Positions 31,781 through 42,482 of a stretch of 64,000 nt of DNA are shown one piece after another. The DNA is from Candidatus Poribacteria bacterium. Its GTDB lineage: Bacteria; Poribacteria; WGA-4E; WGA-3G. The stretch is from positions 2,400,001-2,464,000 of the forward strand of contig CAXXLX010000001.1 in the NCBI GenBank assembly GCA_963665235.2, read 5' to 3'. Within the stretch, counting starts at the first letter, position 1. Each line of letters opens with the position of its first letter. Made by a program: the position numbers and the translations under genes. Under the pieces are notes generated by a model. The model did not search any database, was not told the DNA's origin, and was given only the letters and a program-made list of their open reading frames with translations.

Positions 31781-31815
31781 GTCGCGCGCTCCATCTTCTT
31801 GGGACAAATTGCGAT

Positions 31816-32931
31816 ATGAACGCATTTTATTCCGTTAGCAACATCGGAGAACTCTATGTTCCCACCGCATGTCGAGACGTTGTTTTTGCGCGCGCAGCTG
31901 TAAAACGGTTTGCACATCAGGATTTAGAACAGTACAACCGGATTTTCACACATATCCAGCGCGGGGGTGTCGCTGTAGTAGAAGGAAAATGGGAGCAAAT
32001 TACGGCTGTAATGGATTATGTTCAACGCCACAAAAAGGAATTGGACTCGCCGCAGACCAAGCGGACGCGCGACCGACGAGACGCACCGAAACAGGCACGG
32101 GAGCAAGCTATCTCACGGTTGATGTGTTGGGCAGATACGGAGGGCATCTTACAGGTCGACCCTGCCCCTACCTTACCATACCTATTGGAGTTGATTGGCG
32201 AACTGCCGGACGCAAATAGGGGGTGCCCGTTTCTCGTACCTGTGACGCTTGTTCAACGGATTCAAAACACCCTTGAGTCCACCTATCCTATCCATGCTTT
32301 GGATGCATCCCTCGTCGCATCTGAAAACGTCCTTGCCCCACGTTCTCAGGAGACAGTTGAATGCTTTCAAGAGGCGTTGCAAAACGTGCGGGACAGCTTG
32401 CCACCTAACCCTACAATTGTGGACATCGGTTGTGGCAGTGGATGCTTGACGTTGTTGGCGTGGCAGGAGCTGGGGGAAACAGCAGAAATATATGCATCTG
32501 ACCTCCTTCCTGAAGCAGTGGCAACGACGAAATTGAACATTCAACGCCTCTTGTCACATTCGGACAATATCCATGTCATGCCCCCCGGTGACCTGTTTGC
32601 GCCATTCAGTTCGCGTCAATTTGACGTAATTCTTTTCAATGCGCCGTGGGTTGTTGCCCGTGCACGCAACCGGGCAGAACTTGCTATACACGATGAAAAA
32701 CAGCAAACCTTGCAACGTTTTTTTGAACAAGTGCCGAACTTCCTAAAACCTGAGGGTATGCTGCTGTTAGGTTACGCGGATGCCTCCGGACAGAAAGCAA
32801 TTGCCAACCTTGAAAGAATAATCGCGGAGGCGCGGTTCGTGTGTAACGCGCGCTTCAAAAGACGGGTTGCAACGCATCGTTCTAAACGGAAGTGGGAACA
32901 GATTCGGGTGTACGTTTTAGGGAGAGAATAG
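31816..32931 (+). CDS. Class I SAM-dependent methyltransferase (HemK/MTS-like)
   Basis: VDIGCGSGCL, GDLF..FDVILFNAPW. Confidence 0.85.
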   Translation: MNAFYSVSNIGELYVPTACRDVVFARAAVKRFAHQDLEQYNRIFTHIQRGGVAVVEGKWEQITAVMDYVQRHKKELDSPQTKRTRDRRDAPKQAREQAISRLMCWADTEGILQVDPAPTLPYLLELIGELPDANRGCPFLVPVTLVQRIQNTLESTYPIHALDASLVASENVLAPRSQETVECFQEALQNVRDSLPPNPTIVDIGCGSGCLTLLAWQELGETAEIYASDLLPEAVATTKLNIQRLLSHSDNIHVMPPGDLFAPFSSRQFDVILFNAPWVVARARNRAELAIHDEKQQTLQRFFEQVPNFLKPEGMLLLGYADASGQKAIANLERIIAEARFVCNARFKRRVATHRSKRKWEQIRVYVLGRE

Positions 32932-32984
32932 ATGAGTACGTTCAGGTATAATGTCGAGACAGCAATGACAGGACGCTCACCTAT

Positions 32985-33009
32985 TGTAGGCGCGATAAGC
33001 GCACCTACA
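32985..33009. repeat. REP-like palindrome tgtaggcgcgataagcgcacctaca (relative at 54237-54261)
   Basis: GTAG..CTAC bounded inverted repeat between convergent genes. Confidence 0.6.
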
Positions 33010-33046
33010 ACAGACTCGCGCGGTTAATTAGAGATACCTACCTTTT

Positions 33047-33381
33047 TACTATAGTTTGGACAATATCCGTGAGTCGGATCCCCGCTTTCAAAGCATCTCT
33101 GATTTTTCTCTAAGTGCCTCACACAAATGCAAACAGGAGAAAAATGGTTTCCGCCGATGGGTTTCCAAAGCGCGGTTTCCCCAGTGGGGCGGAATGTTTA
33201 TAGAATGTTGGAAACCGTTGGAAACCGTTGGAAACCGTTAGCAAGAAGGTTGTGATGCTAAGCCTATCTCTGCTGCGCGTCAAAACCCTCTTCCCCGCTT
33301 CCACCCTTCCATTCTTCCAACCTTCCACCTATCCGTTTGACCAGAACGTTGTGCCTCCCTAAAATTGTCCAAACTTTAGTA
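33047..33381. mobile_element. ~335-bp MITE-like composite element
   Basis: TIR tacta(t/a)agtttggacaat at both ends; overlapping direct repeat tacctttttac on both flanks; carries other repeat units internally; lone matching end at about 50502. Confidence 0.7.
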
Positions 33382-33386
33382 CCTTT

Positions 33387-34097
33387 TTACCAGAGGCGTG
33401 TGAAATTCAATCTGCCGGTAAGTCCTGTTTCCTCATCACCTTTTTTAGTTTCATATCCAACATATATGCCGAGGGTGTTATTCTCACCGTAGCCGAGCTC
33501 CACACGTCCGCCGACGTTTAAATTCAACAGCTCACCCTCATCACCGAGCGTCATGAACGTTTCAATCTGCGGCCCGATTGCGATAGTATCGTTAAGGGAA
33601 TAGGTAATAAAATTGCGGGTGTAGAGAGAATCTGTCCTTTCGTCATCTAATACAGAAGCAACGGTGCTGTATGTCCAAGAGAAAAGGAACATCTTATCGA
33701 TGGATAAGAAAGCCAAGAATTGTGGATGCAATCTTTCCGGTCCATCCGCATTCTTATAATTAAAACCGATGCCGAGCATCGGGAGCAGGAAAAGTGACGA
33801 ATTGTCCTCGTAAAATGCGGGGACTGTGATGCCCATAGCAAACTCACCATCCGTGCCGTTTGCATAGATTTTAGAATCAAACGAGACGTTACCGAGCGGA
33901 TGGCTGGCTCCGACTAGGAAATAGGTGCCTAAGCTGTCCACGTCAACTTCGAACCATCCCGAAACCCCGCGTTCTTCTTCCTCTGTTTCTGCCTCGGTTT
34001 CATGAGCGTCCGCGAACGCAGTCGTGGAGAAACCGATGAAGCATACCATACACACTATCAGCAAGATAGCATGCAATTGAAATATTTCGATTTTCAT
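33387..34097 (-). CDS. Predicted outer-membrane beta-barrel hypothetical protein
   Basis: Signal peptide ending AFA, alternating amphipathic strands, C-terminal aromatic (NFTRLW). Confidence 0.65.
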   Translation of the reverse strand: MKIEIFQLHAILLIVCMVCFIGFSTTAFADAHETEAETEEEERGVSGWFEVDVDSLGTYFLVGASHPLGNVSFDSKIYANGTDGEFAMGITVPAFYEDNSSLFLLPMLGIGFNYKNADGPERLHPQFLAFLSIDKMFLFSWTYSTVASVLDDERTDSLYTRNFITYSLNDTIAIGPQIETFMTLGDEGELLNLNVGGRVELGYGENNTLGIYVGYETKKGDEETGLTGRLNFTRLW

Positions 34098-34242
34098 GTA
34101 AATCTCCTTTGTTGTGTGAATTAATCACATATATATTAGTATATCCTATTTTCCGAGAAGATTCAACAATTTTGGAGAATGCCTAGGCAGTTCGTCTGCT
34201 TTACCTCGCTTTGTGCCTACAGCGCAAAAATCCTTGCCTGAG

Positions 34243-34923
34243 TTAACCCGCTGCCTTGACCTGCCGCATCAACCGTTCCAGCTTATTTTTATCTTTGACA
34301 CCCTTCGATGCCTCCACACCGGAACAGAGGTCAATGCCGTGGGGTTGGATTGTCTCAATGGCTGCTTTGACGTTCTCCGGACGAATTCCCCCCGCAAAGA
34401 AAACCGGTAGCGGGCTTTCTGCGATAAGTGCAGCAGCAACATGCCAATCACAGGTTTTGCCTGTCCCACCATATCGGGGCGGTTCCTGGCTCATATCAAC
34501 AGTATCAAATAAGAGAAAATCGGCACCAGCATCCCGGTACGCGTCCATTTCTGCTTGAACTGCTAACATATCCACATTTTCTGGACTCCCCGCAGGCAGG
34601 TAAACCGATTTCCAGAGTTGACACGACACGTGTCCCTTAAGTGCTTCGACCTGTTGGGGCGGCTCCTGCCCGAGGAGCTGAACCGCAAACGGTTGAATTC
34701 GTGACACCGCTTCCTGAATCTCCGCCGTTGTTCGATTGTATAGCAGCAAAACCGTCGGAATGGGACTTACTTTAGCAATGTCTACCGCTTGTTCAGTGGT
34801 CAGCGACCGTTCTGAAGAGGCGACATCTACCAATACCCCAGAATAATCTGCACCGGCTTCAGCCGCTAGGTGGGCATCATGAATTGAGGTAGTGCCGCAG
34901 ATTTTGACAACGCACTTGTTCAT
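34243..34923 (-). CDS. trpF: Phosphoribosylanthranilate isomerase
   Basis: VKICG, GGTGKTCDW, AGGIRPENV, IDLCSGVE..GVKD. Confidence 0.92.
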   Translation of the reverse strand: MNKCVVKICGTTSIHDAHLAAEAGADYSGVLVDVASSERSLTTEQAVDIAKVSPIPTVLLLYNRTTAEIQEAVSRIQPFAVQLLGQEPPQQVEALKGHVSCQLWKSVYLPAGSPENVDMLAVQAEMDAYRDAGADFLLFDTVDMSQEPPRYGGTGKTCDWHVAAALIAESPLPVFFAGGIRPENVKAAIETIQPHGIDLCSGVEASKGVKDKNKLERLMRQVKAAG

Positions 34924-36357
34924 TTTTCTCCTTTCTCCTATCGTAATAGCATCCCATTGCCTTCGACTCCAAGACTAGCGAAACCCCTTCCGTTTAGGAG
35001 GCAGCAACGCCTTAAAAACTTTTGGAGCTCTCTTTTTCAGCTTGTCGAGTTGTCGTCCGATGAGTTTCCGAGTCGACTTATCTTCCTCTATCAATGTCAT
35101 CAATAATAGTATCCTGGCTTGTTCCTTTGCTGGAAATTCAGTTAGCTTATCAAGGATAGCATCTGTGTTTTCCTTCACCTCGTTTGGTTTTAGAAAACGG
35201 CGAATTGACCAAGACAACACAACTGCCATATAGATGTCATCTTGAGACTCGGAGGCTACCAATTCGTTGAGCATATCCTTTGTGTAAGGTTCCAAAAAAG
35301 CACTGTTAAAAGAGATGTCGCTTAGGGTCAGTGCAATGAAGTCAGAGAAAATATTAGGGATATTAACATCCATGGAAGCGAAGATTTCCTGGAATTTCTC
35401 ACGTACCTGGGGCGCATAACGAATTGCGTTTTTAAGCCCATAAGTGTGCTGTTGGGGCGGAGAGTGCCACCCCGCTTGGAGCAGCCGACCGCCAAGAAGT
35501 TTGCCAAGGTCGGCGGTGAGCTCCGTATCGGCATGCGAATAAATTTTTTCCAATAACGATTGACTTATCTCCCGCCGTAGCCCAATGTAAAAGAAGGCAA
35601 CCTCGCTCCAGAGGTCGTCGAAATAGGTGTCTACAATCAGGTCCTCATTTAGGTCCTCAACGTACCCCCAATTTTCATGGATGTAGAACGCAGCGAAGTA
35701 ATCAAGGAAAGACCTATGTTTGAAAATCACTTCCACCTGTCCATTTAAAATGCCTGCCCTCTCTATTTCTCGGACAAACCCCTTCAATTTTTCAGCGTCC
35801 CATCTATATTGCAGTGCATAAGCATTGAGAAACTGTTCAAATTCCTCGCGAGGCACTGCCAGCCTGTTTTTGTTCCGAAACTCTTGATAAGCGAGAACGC
35901 TCAGAAATTTCCTTTTCACGCGATAATCAAATAGCACCTCAATTCCTCTATCCCAATCTTCTGCACCTAGTGCCATGTCAAAAAACCGCTCGTAGAGTTC
36001 TGTGACAGATGCGGGAATCTCCTTATGTTCTTCAACCAACTCAACAAGTAGCATGAGGGAAAGCGGGACTAGCGGAATTTGTGCTTGTATTTTTTCAAGA
36101 CTTTCTTTCATGGCCGTCAACACGTTAGGGTCGCTTACCAATTTGGTAACCATTTTTAAAGCCTGACTGAATTCAAACGGAAGCAATTCATATTTCTGAT
36201 ATTTCTCAGGCAATGTGTTGAGAATGTCAATCTTCCGGCTGGTGAGAATATAGGAGCACCCTATTGATTCCGAAAATTCGTCCAATTTATCAATAACATC
36301 GCGTCGGTGGGGGGGATTCAATTTCATCAAAATCTTAGGTGTGTAGACCCCGTTGCT

Positions 36358-37424
36358 TTAGCACGGGGAGGAAACACCGCTCCTATATTGAAAGTTCAAG
36401 CGTGTGAGGACTTGAAAATCTGTGCGTTTCGCACCCGTTGTGAGGCGTTCACCTTCTAAACTATAGATAGAAAACACCCCTTTCGCATTAATACCCGTCC
36501 TCGGTGGGAAGGACGTGTGATACCGTGTTTGCCGTGCTTTATCAGCGTGTTTTTCACAAGTCCTTCGCCTAACACAGTTCCGCCATATCTTGACCGTATT
36601 CCGCCCTTTGCTGGTTGTTCTCGGTGCAAGTTACGCCTTGCTACGGGTATCGGGGATATGCAAAACACGGCTGTATTGTCGGGTTTGAGTGCCATCGCTT
36701 TCTTTGTGTCACCATTGACAACCGAATGTGCCATCACCCAACTATCAACGCAGTGTGCATAGAAGTCATCAGAGAGTTTGTCTTGGCTCTTCTCTAATCC
36801 TAATGCCTTCCTCCGCGCGGAAGTCCACCTGCCTTTATAGCAAAACACATTTCCAACGCCATAGCGTGCTATCAACTCAGAGACAAACCAGCGTTTACCA
36901 ACCTCCAACGGACTAAAAGCTGTGTTCCATCGCTTCTTACCCGGTTTTGTTCTTGCCTTGATGTCCTCCAAACAGATTTTTGTGACAGGATACAAGTCAG
37001 ACACCCAATCCAGGATGCGGAGTTTCCAATCCCAACGGGCCCGGGTGCCTGCGGGGAGTTTCTGTCTGTTCGCACCTTTGTTGGTGCGGTTCTTGCGGTT
37101 GGGACACTTCCGAGAACGCCTACCTCGGCGGAGTTCACGTCTTTTCTCAACCTTCTTTCCAACTTTGTTATGTGCATCTGCCTGCACGTTCAGATACGTA
37201 TGCGTCGCAGATTTGACGGTAAATCCCTCTTTCTTACTTCCAGGATCTACACCGACAACGATGTCTTGTGTTTCTCTATCACTCGGTGCTTTGTTGAGAC
37301 GGACACAATAGACACCGTTGTTCCAATAAGGCGTTGCTTCACCGCGTTTGACAAGTTTCCTCGCACGTGCAGCATGCATCGGCATCAGCTGTTGTCCATC
37401 CTTTGTTTTGACTGGCACAAACAT
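36358..37424 (-). CDS. isrB: IsrB (HNH-less IscB homologue, RRXRR/PLMP family), C-terminus frameshifted near 36500
   Basis: MFVPV..QLMP, RuvC-I GVDPGSK, Arg-rich bridge helix RRELRRGRRSRK, RuvC-II LEDI, RuvC-III HCVDS, no HNH or CxxC; tail TGINAKGVFSIYSLEGERLTTGAKRTDFQVL..* lies in a shifted frame. Confidence 0.85.
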
Positions 37425-37638
37425 AAGTTTGTTTTCTCCTTTCGGGTATATATTGCCCCATCCAGATCAGGGGTTCGTAGTGGAATCGGACTTGGGGAGC
37501 ATCCGAAACATACTTTAGGCTGCCACGCCCAGAACCCCCGATATATTACTGTAGTCAACAAGTTACCCTCGTCTCTGTGATAGCCTTGGCGGGCATCAAA
37601 GACAGGTTTCCCCTATGCTTTAGCTGGGGGTTATTGAC
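37425..37638 (-). ncRNA. omegaRNA (HEARO-like) scaffold of IsrB
   Basis: Directly upstream of isrB; gtcaa..ttgac pairing, ggatgctccccaagtcc motif, several hairpins; boundaries approximate. Confidence 0.75.
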
Positions 37639-38729
37639 CTAATCCATCAACGACCAATACATCTACGTGAAAACGTTTCTCGGTTTCATCGCATTCAAAG
37701 TGTGCTGACAGAAAACTGTCCACTGATTCTAATTCTAAGAATTGTCTTGCGGTGACGACGATAGGTACGGATATTTTTTTATCAGATTTTCCCGGTTTTT
37801 TCAACAAACGTTTGTAGGCATCTCGATACATACCAATGGCTAATTTCGCCATAGCACCTGTTTTACCGGTCCCCGGGTCACCTAATAAAATCAGTTTTTT
37901 CCGCTCCTTGGCGAAAATTTCTCGCAGATGCAAGAAAGAAAATTTCCTTTTTTTCAGTACCGTTCTTATACTCTTTTCATCAAATTTACGTTGCGCGGTG
38001 AGCGGTCTAATTAAGGGCTCAACGAAGTATTCGGACAAATTTTTACCCGATTCCCCACGCCGATGATTTGCCTCTAATTCGCTAATTTTCTTCTCAAGGA
38101 AACTGATAACTCTTCCTTCAAAGAAAATCTCCGGATAAAATTCGGTGAAATTGTCAATGAGCCAATTGATATCGAATACCTTAATTGTGGTTGCCGTTGT
38201 GAGTTCACTTGTAAGTCTTTTTCGCGCATTGTTACTACACTCCCCTGCTAACACAACGTAAACCGTGGAGACGGGTAAATCTTCAAGAATTGATTTCGTT
38301 TGAGCGGGATGTGCTTCAGCTTGTTCGATTTGGCTCTGAATTTCCGCTACTCTTTTCGCGGTGCTCCGCGAGAAAACAGCCTGAGTACGCGATTTTAAGT
38401 CGTCAACATCACCAAGAGTCTTACCGTTGATATGCCCACATTTCACCACAACCCCGATAACATGTGTGATAAGTCCGCTATTTTTAACCAGGACAAGGTC
38501 TTTCCCAAATTCCCGTGCGCCGTGGGTGATTTCTACTAGATAATCAGGCTCCATCGCTTGAAACAATTCTTTCAGGAGCTTATGCAAGTCCGTTTCCCGG
38601 TAATCCATAATGATTTGCCGTCGTAGAGCTTTTGGTAGAGATTGTGCTTTCTTCTTCAAATCCATTTTGCAGCTCCTTTTTTAGGAGAATAGGTGAGTAC
38701 AGAAACTCACCCTTACGGTTCGGCAAAAA

Positions 38730-39086
38730 CTACAAAAACACCGTTTGCCGGTCGGCATCCGAATAACAGATAATCATCGTCACAGGTTGCCAGCCGGTGT
38801 TGACAGCGTTGTGTTTTACGTTGCGCGGAATACGTAACATCATACCCGGTTTGAGCGGAATGACTTCATCTCCTAACGTATGGTCACATTCACCGGAGAG
38901 GACATAGATGAGCTCCTCACAGTTCGGATGATAGTGGGGTGGGTTTCCTTCGCCTGCATTAATGTAAACGACACCGAAAGTCATCTCAGCCGCCGGGTCG
39001 ATTTCGTTATTGCATAACCATTTAATGGCACCCCATGGAAATTCAAGAGCACCCGCCTCATTGCTATTGGTTAAGGTGATTTCCAT
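38730..39086 (-). CDS. Cupin domain protein
   Basis: HYHPNCEELIYVLSG, IPRNVKHNAVN. Confidence 0.9.
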   Translation of the reverse strand: MEITLTNSNEAGALEFPWGAIKWLCNNEIDPAAEMTFGVVYINAGEGNPPHYHPNCEELIYVLSGECDHTLGDEVIPLKPGMMLRIPRNVKHNAVNTGWQPVTMIICYSDADRQTVFL

Positions 39087-39119
39087 CGTCCTTTTCCTTT
39101 TATAGTAAGCGGCGTTTGT

Positions 39120-39956
39120 CTACACAGAAAAGCATGCCAATCTTTGTTGAACATACCCTTGTAGACCTACTGCCGGTTTTTCATGAAGATAGCCGATAGG
39201 TGCACAGATAGCTCTCACACTGTCGACCTGCTGGTTCACTTCATGATGTGTGTGCCCGAAGAGGACATGTGTGACAAGCGGTTCGTTACGGCAGCGCGCG
39301 CCGAGCCCTTCACTTCCCATGAACGCGCGAAAAAAGTCCCACGGCAACTCGCCGCGGTAGTGGATACACTCCCGAAACGGAACGTGATGTGTGACAACGA
39401 TGATACGCGATACCTGATTCCGGAGAAAATCGAGCTGCTTCCCAAGTTCCGCCTCAAAACGGTGGGCGATAGCTGGGTCGGTGTCGAGCCACCTGGCGTA
39501 GTGCTTATCACTCCAAACTGTCCCCATCAGCTGTTTTTCTGCGTATTGTTCGGTAGAAAAGTTGTAGCCTTCTGGGGCAAACGTATAATCATACCACCCG
39601 ATGGTACCACAGAATCCCACCGCTCCGATGAAATAGGGGGCATCCATGAGTGAAAAAAAACCATTGTCGTGACAAATTTCTGAAATTACCCGGCATTTTT
39701 GAGTGCTTGTCAGGCCAGCCTTTTCGCTAACCCAAATGTCGTGGTTGCCGGGAACGAAAAGCATCGGGCATGTCAAATCGGATTGTTTGAATTCACTAAG
39801 TATTTTGTAAAATTCGGATAAATTTGGCGTTATATCTCCAGCTAGGACAAAAACGTCAAGTTCTTCGGCTTCTATAGCATCGATAAGATACGGCACAATT
39901 GCGCTATTCGCTTCAGTTGCGTCTATATGTAGGTCAGAAATGAGTCCTATCTTCAT
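39120..39956 (-). CDS. Metallophosphoesterase
   Basis: ISDLH, LAGDI, PGNHD, THHVP, FGHTH. Confidence 0.92.
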   Translation of the reverse strand: MKIGLISDLHIDATEANSAIVPYLIDAIEAEELDVFVLAGDITPNLSEFYKILSEFKQSDLTCPMLFVPGNHDIWVSEKAGLTSTQKCRVISEICHDNGFFSLMDAPYFIGAVGFCGTIGWYDYTFAPEGYNFSTEQYAEKQLMGTVWSDKHYARWLDTDPAIAHRFEAELGKQLDFLRNQVSRIIVVTHHVPFRECIHYRGELPWDFFRAFMGSEGLGARCRNEPLVTHVLFGHTHHEVNQQVDSVRAICAPIGYLHEKPAVGLQGYVQQRLACFSV

Positions 39957-40007
39957 TATCAGCAGTTAGCAATCAGGTAGCGGGTTTGCTATAACAGCAT
40001 CCCGCGT

Positions 40008-41447
40008 TTAGTTAGATGTGGTTGTTAAGCTTGTGAACACTTCATCAAGAAAGATACGAATAGCAGAGTTATCGCCTTGGAACCGCTGTCGTTGGCGTTC
40101 AAGTGCGCGAAGTGAGGCGGTATCGCCAATTTTTGCGAGAGCGTCAACTAGCGTTAATTGAATTGCGGGTGCTTCGGTAGTTTCAAGAGTCTTAATCAAA
40201 AAATTCCGTGCTTTCGTTCCACCGATGTGCCCGAGTGCGGAGACAGCAATATCTTTCGCCGAGGTATCCGCGTCATCAAAGGCGGCAATAAGTGCATCAA
40301 CCGCTGGCGCGCCAATCTGACTGAGTGCCAAGCCTGCTTGAAAACGGATACCCGGGATTTCATTTCGGTTTTTGAGGACTTTGACGAGCGGTTCAATTGC
40401 CGAAATAGGCTTAAGTGTTCCAAGGATAGTGAGACACGCTCGCCGAATTTCCTGCTCCGGCTCCGTCACAAGTTGCGTATACTGCTCAACAAGTTCCACA
40501 AGGGGCCCTTCATTGACCTTCTGGTACAATGCCTCGGAGCGGTGTCGAAATTGGGTGCCGAAGGGAGCTGCCAACGTTGCCGTGTTTTCTGTGAGGTTAA
40601 CCCGCAGCAGTCCGAGAATTTCAGCGGATTCCCGGTGCCGAGGCTCAAGTACGTCAGCAGGCAGCTGATTTGCATCGGCACGTTGAAACTGCTGAAATAG
40701 CGGGTTAAGTTTGCTGAAAGCGACAAGCCGTTCTAAGCTCCGCGCTGCTGCTTTTCGAAGCGAAAGCTCTGGACTGTTTTGGAGGACTTCAGCCAAAGCT
40801 TCCACAGCCCGGGCATCCCCTAAGTTGCCGAGGGCTGTAACAGCGGCAATTTTCACACCGATGAGTTCTGTTGTGCGAAACCGCAACGTGTTCCCCTGTT
40901 TTGAGAATTCCTTGACACTCTTTTTGTAGTCGCTGAGACTGTAAATTTTTCGCTCATCAACAATCTTTTCAACGATATTTCCGACCTGAATCATGTCAGT
41001 ATTCGCTGCCGGGGTGCCGGGTTTAATTTCTTTAATACGGGTAGTGCCGGTGCCTTCAACCTTTAAACCGACCTTGTCCCCAGTTTTTCGCGTTGCGATG
41101 CGGAGCGGCGGTTTACCTTTGAGGTATAGCAGCATATTATTATCTTTCGCTATTGCCTTTTTGACTGCATTCTTGAAATCCCCAGGGCTCTGAATTGGAT
41201 ATTCCCCAATTACGTAAGAAATCAGTTCTCCAGGTAGCAGGTTCGCTTTATCGGCGGGACCGTTCGGCGTAACAGTGCGGATAACAACTCCGCTTGTTGA
41301 CCATCGATTTTCGAGGTCACTATCAAGTTGTTGTACCTCCATTTGCAGCCGTTCATCGTAATAGCGGTTGTCACATCCTATTGTGATGCCTAGGACGACA
41401 AGCAGCAAGAGGGTTAGTATGTTTTTCAGCATCCGTGTTCCTTCCAT
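40008..41447 (-). CDS. Lipoprotein with PDZ and HEAT repeats
   Basis: Lipobox ITIGC, GVVIRTVTPNGPADKANL (PDZ), ALGNLGDARAVEAL (HEAT). Confidence 0.8.
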   Translation of the reverse strand: MEGTRMLKNILTLLLLVVLGITIGCDNRYYDERLQMEVQQLDSDLENRWSTSGVVIRTVTPNGPADKANLLPGELISYVIGEYPIQSPGDFKNAVKKAIAKDNNMLLYLKGKPPLRIATRKTGDKVGLKVEGTGTTRIKEIKPGTPAANTDMIQVGNIVEKIVDERKIYSLSDYKKSVKEFSKQGNTLRFRTTELIGVKIAAVTALGNLGDARAVEALAEVLQNSPELSLRKAAARSLERLVAFSKLNPLFQQFQRADANQLPADVLEPRHRESAEILGLLRVNLTENTATLAAPFGTQFRHRSEALYQKVNEGPLVELVEQYTQLVTEPEQEIRRACLTILGTLKPISAIEPLVKVLKNRNEIPGIRFQAGLALSQIGAPAVDALIAAFDDADTSAKDIAVSALGHIGGTKARNFLIKTLETTEAPAIQLTLVDALAKIGDTASLRALERQRQRFQGDNSAIRIFLDEVFTSLTTTSN

Positions 41448-41525
41448 TTTTTAGGTGCGATGTCGCTGTTGTTGGCATTACGTTTCTTAGGGCGTAGGCA
41501 TGCTATCTAAAATCATAAGCTCTGT

Positions 41526-42416
41526 TCAAAAATTCTTGAGTTGCACAACAGCTTCTCGGCTACTCTGCTCTTTCAATGCATCTAAAAGCGGGCGGACAGC
41601 TTTCTCATCGCCAAGTGTAGCGAGAGCGCGAATTGCATCAACTCGGAGCGAAGAGCCCTTATTCTGTGTAATTTTGACTAGCTCCGGCACCGCTTTCCCG
41701 CCAATCTTACCGAGCGCGGCGACCGCCAACTGGCGCACTGCAGGCTCCGCCCGGTCACTTTTCCGTCTCGCTGAGCCCGATTCTACCAATTCAGCGAGAA
41801 CGGGGATTGCCGCCTCACTTCCAATCTCACCGAGAGCTTTCACAACGTTCAAGCGCGTTTCCATACGATTGTGTTCAAGCAATTCAACCAAAATTGGAAC
41901 CAGTGTTGTCGGGTCGGATTTACCCAGCTGTGCTATGACCCATTGTGCATCGTGCCGGTCACGGTTATCTTTTGATTTAAGTGCCTTTTTAAGCTGCTTG
42001 AGAAGTTGATTGCGATTCCCTTCCTGGTAAATAAGCGTAAGTGCCTCCAGGGCCGCAAGTTGTATATCTACATCGTCTTCTCGGAGTGTCTCAAAGATGA
42101 GAATTTCAAGGTATTCGCGCTGTTTTTCCTGATATGCTCGGAACATGTGGTGCCCACGTGCTGAAATTGCAGCGGCATGCCACGCCGGCTGCTCGGTTTC
42201 ATAAAATTCCTGTGAGTCGTAGAATCCGAGTAAGTAGTGTGCTTCCGCGTTATTGCGTTCTTGCTGAATAGCCAATTTAAATTCGCGAACGGCTCGTTGC
42301 TCTTTCCGCCGTTTATCAGATTTAATTAAGGCTTTCCCTTTGGACAAGTGCTCGTTCTGTGCACCACAGCCAATGACAAAGAGGACAAGTCCGAGAGCGA
42401 GACAGATTTTTTGCAT
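41526..42416 (-). CDS. HEAT-repeat lipoprotein
   Basis: Lipobox VIGC, TPR-like segment, ALGEIGSEAAIPVL repeats; extreme C-terminus may be frameshifted. Confidence 0.8.
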   Translation of the reverse strand: MQKICLALGLVLFVIGCGAQNEHLSKGKALIKSDKRRKEQRAVREFKLAIQQERNNAEAHYLLGFYDSQEFYETEQPAWHAAAISARGHHMFRAYQEKQREYLEILIFETLREDDVDIQLAALEALTLIYQEGNRNQLLKQLKKALKSKDNRDRHDAQWVIAQLGKSDPTTLVPILVELLEHNRMETRLNVVKALGEIGSEAAIPVLAELVESGSARRKSDRAEPAVRQLAVAALGKIGGKAVPELVKITQNKGSSLRVDAIRALATLGDEKAVRPLLDALKEQSSREAVVQLKNF

Positions 42417-42482
42417 TACCTGTTTTCCTATCCTATTGAAGGTATATAGGCGGATATCCCGTTCCGCCTATATAGGTTCGTT

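Larger units (their letters stand above)
36328..37638 (-). mobile_element. Non-autonomous IS200/IS605-superfamily element carrying isrB and omegaRNA
   Basis: Begins GTCAATAACCCC with hairpin cccccagctaaagcatagggg; other end hairpin ccccgtgctaaagcaacgggg; no target duplication; no tnpA; boundary ambiguous by one G. Confidence 0.88.
34975..38665 (-). pseudogene. Mrr-like restriction endonuclease-NACHT NTPase gene interrupted by an IsrB element
   Basis: N part 37639-38665: HGAREFGKDLV..VVVK nuclease motif, Walker A GDPGTGKT, Walker B start VLVVDGL; C part 34975-36327: ILTSR, PLSLMLL, TELYERF, FKHRSFLDYFAA; in-silico excision gives GAT GGA TTA GAT GAA (DGLDE). Confidence 0.85.

Noticed and set aside
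36456-37424. IscB or Cas9 call
   Set aside because: No HNH or CxxC insertion between RuvC-II and RuvC-III, too short, no array; fits IsrB
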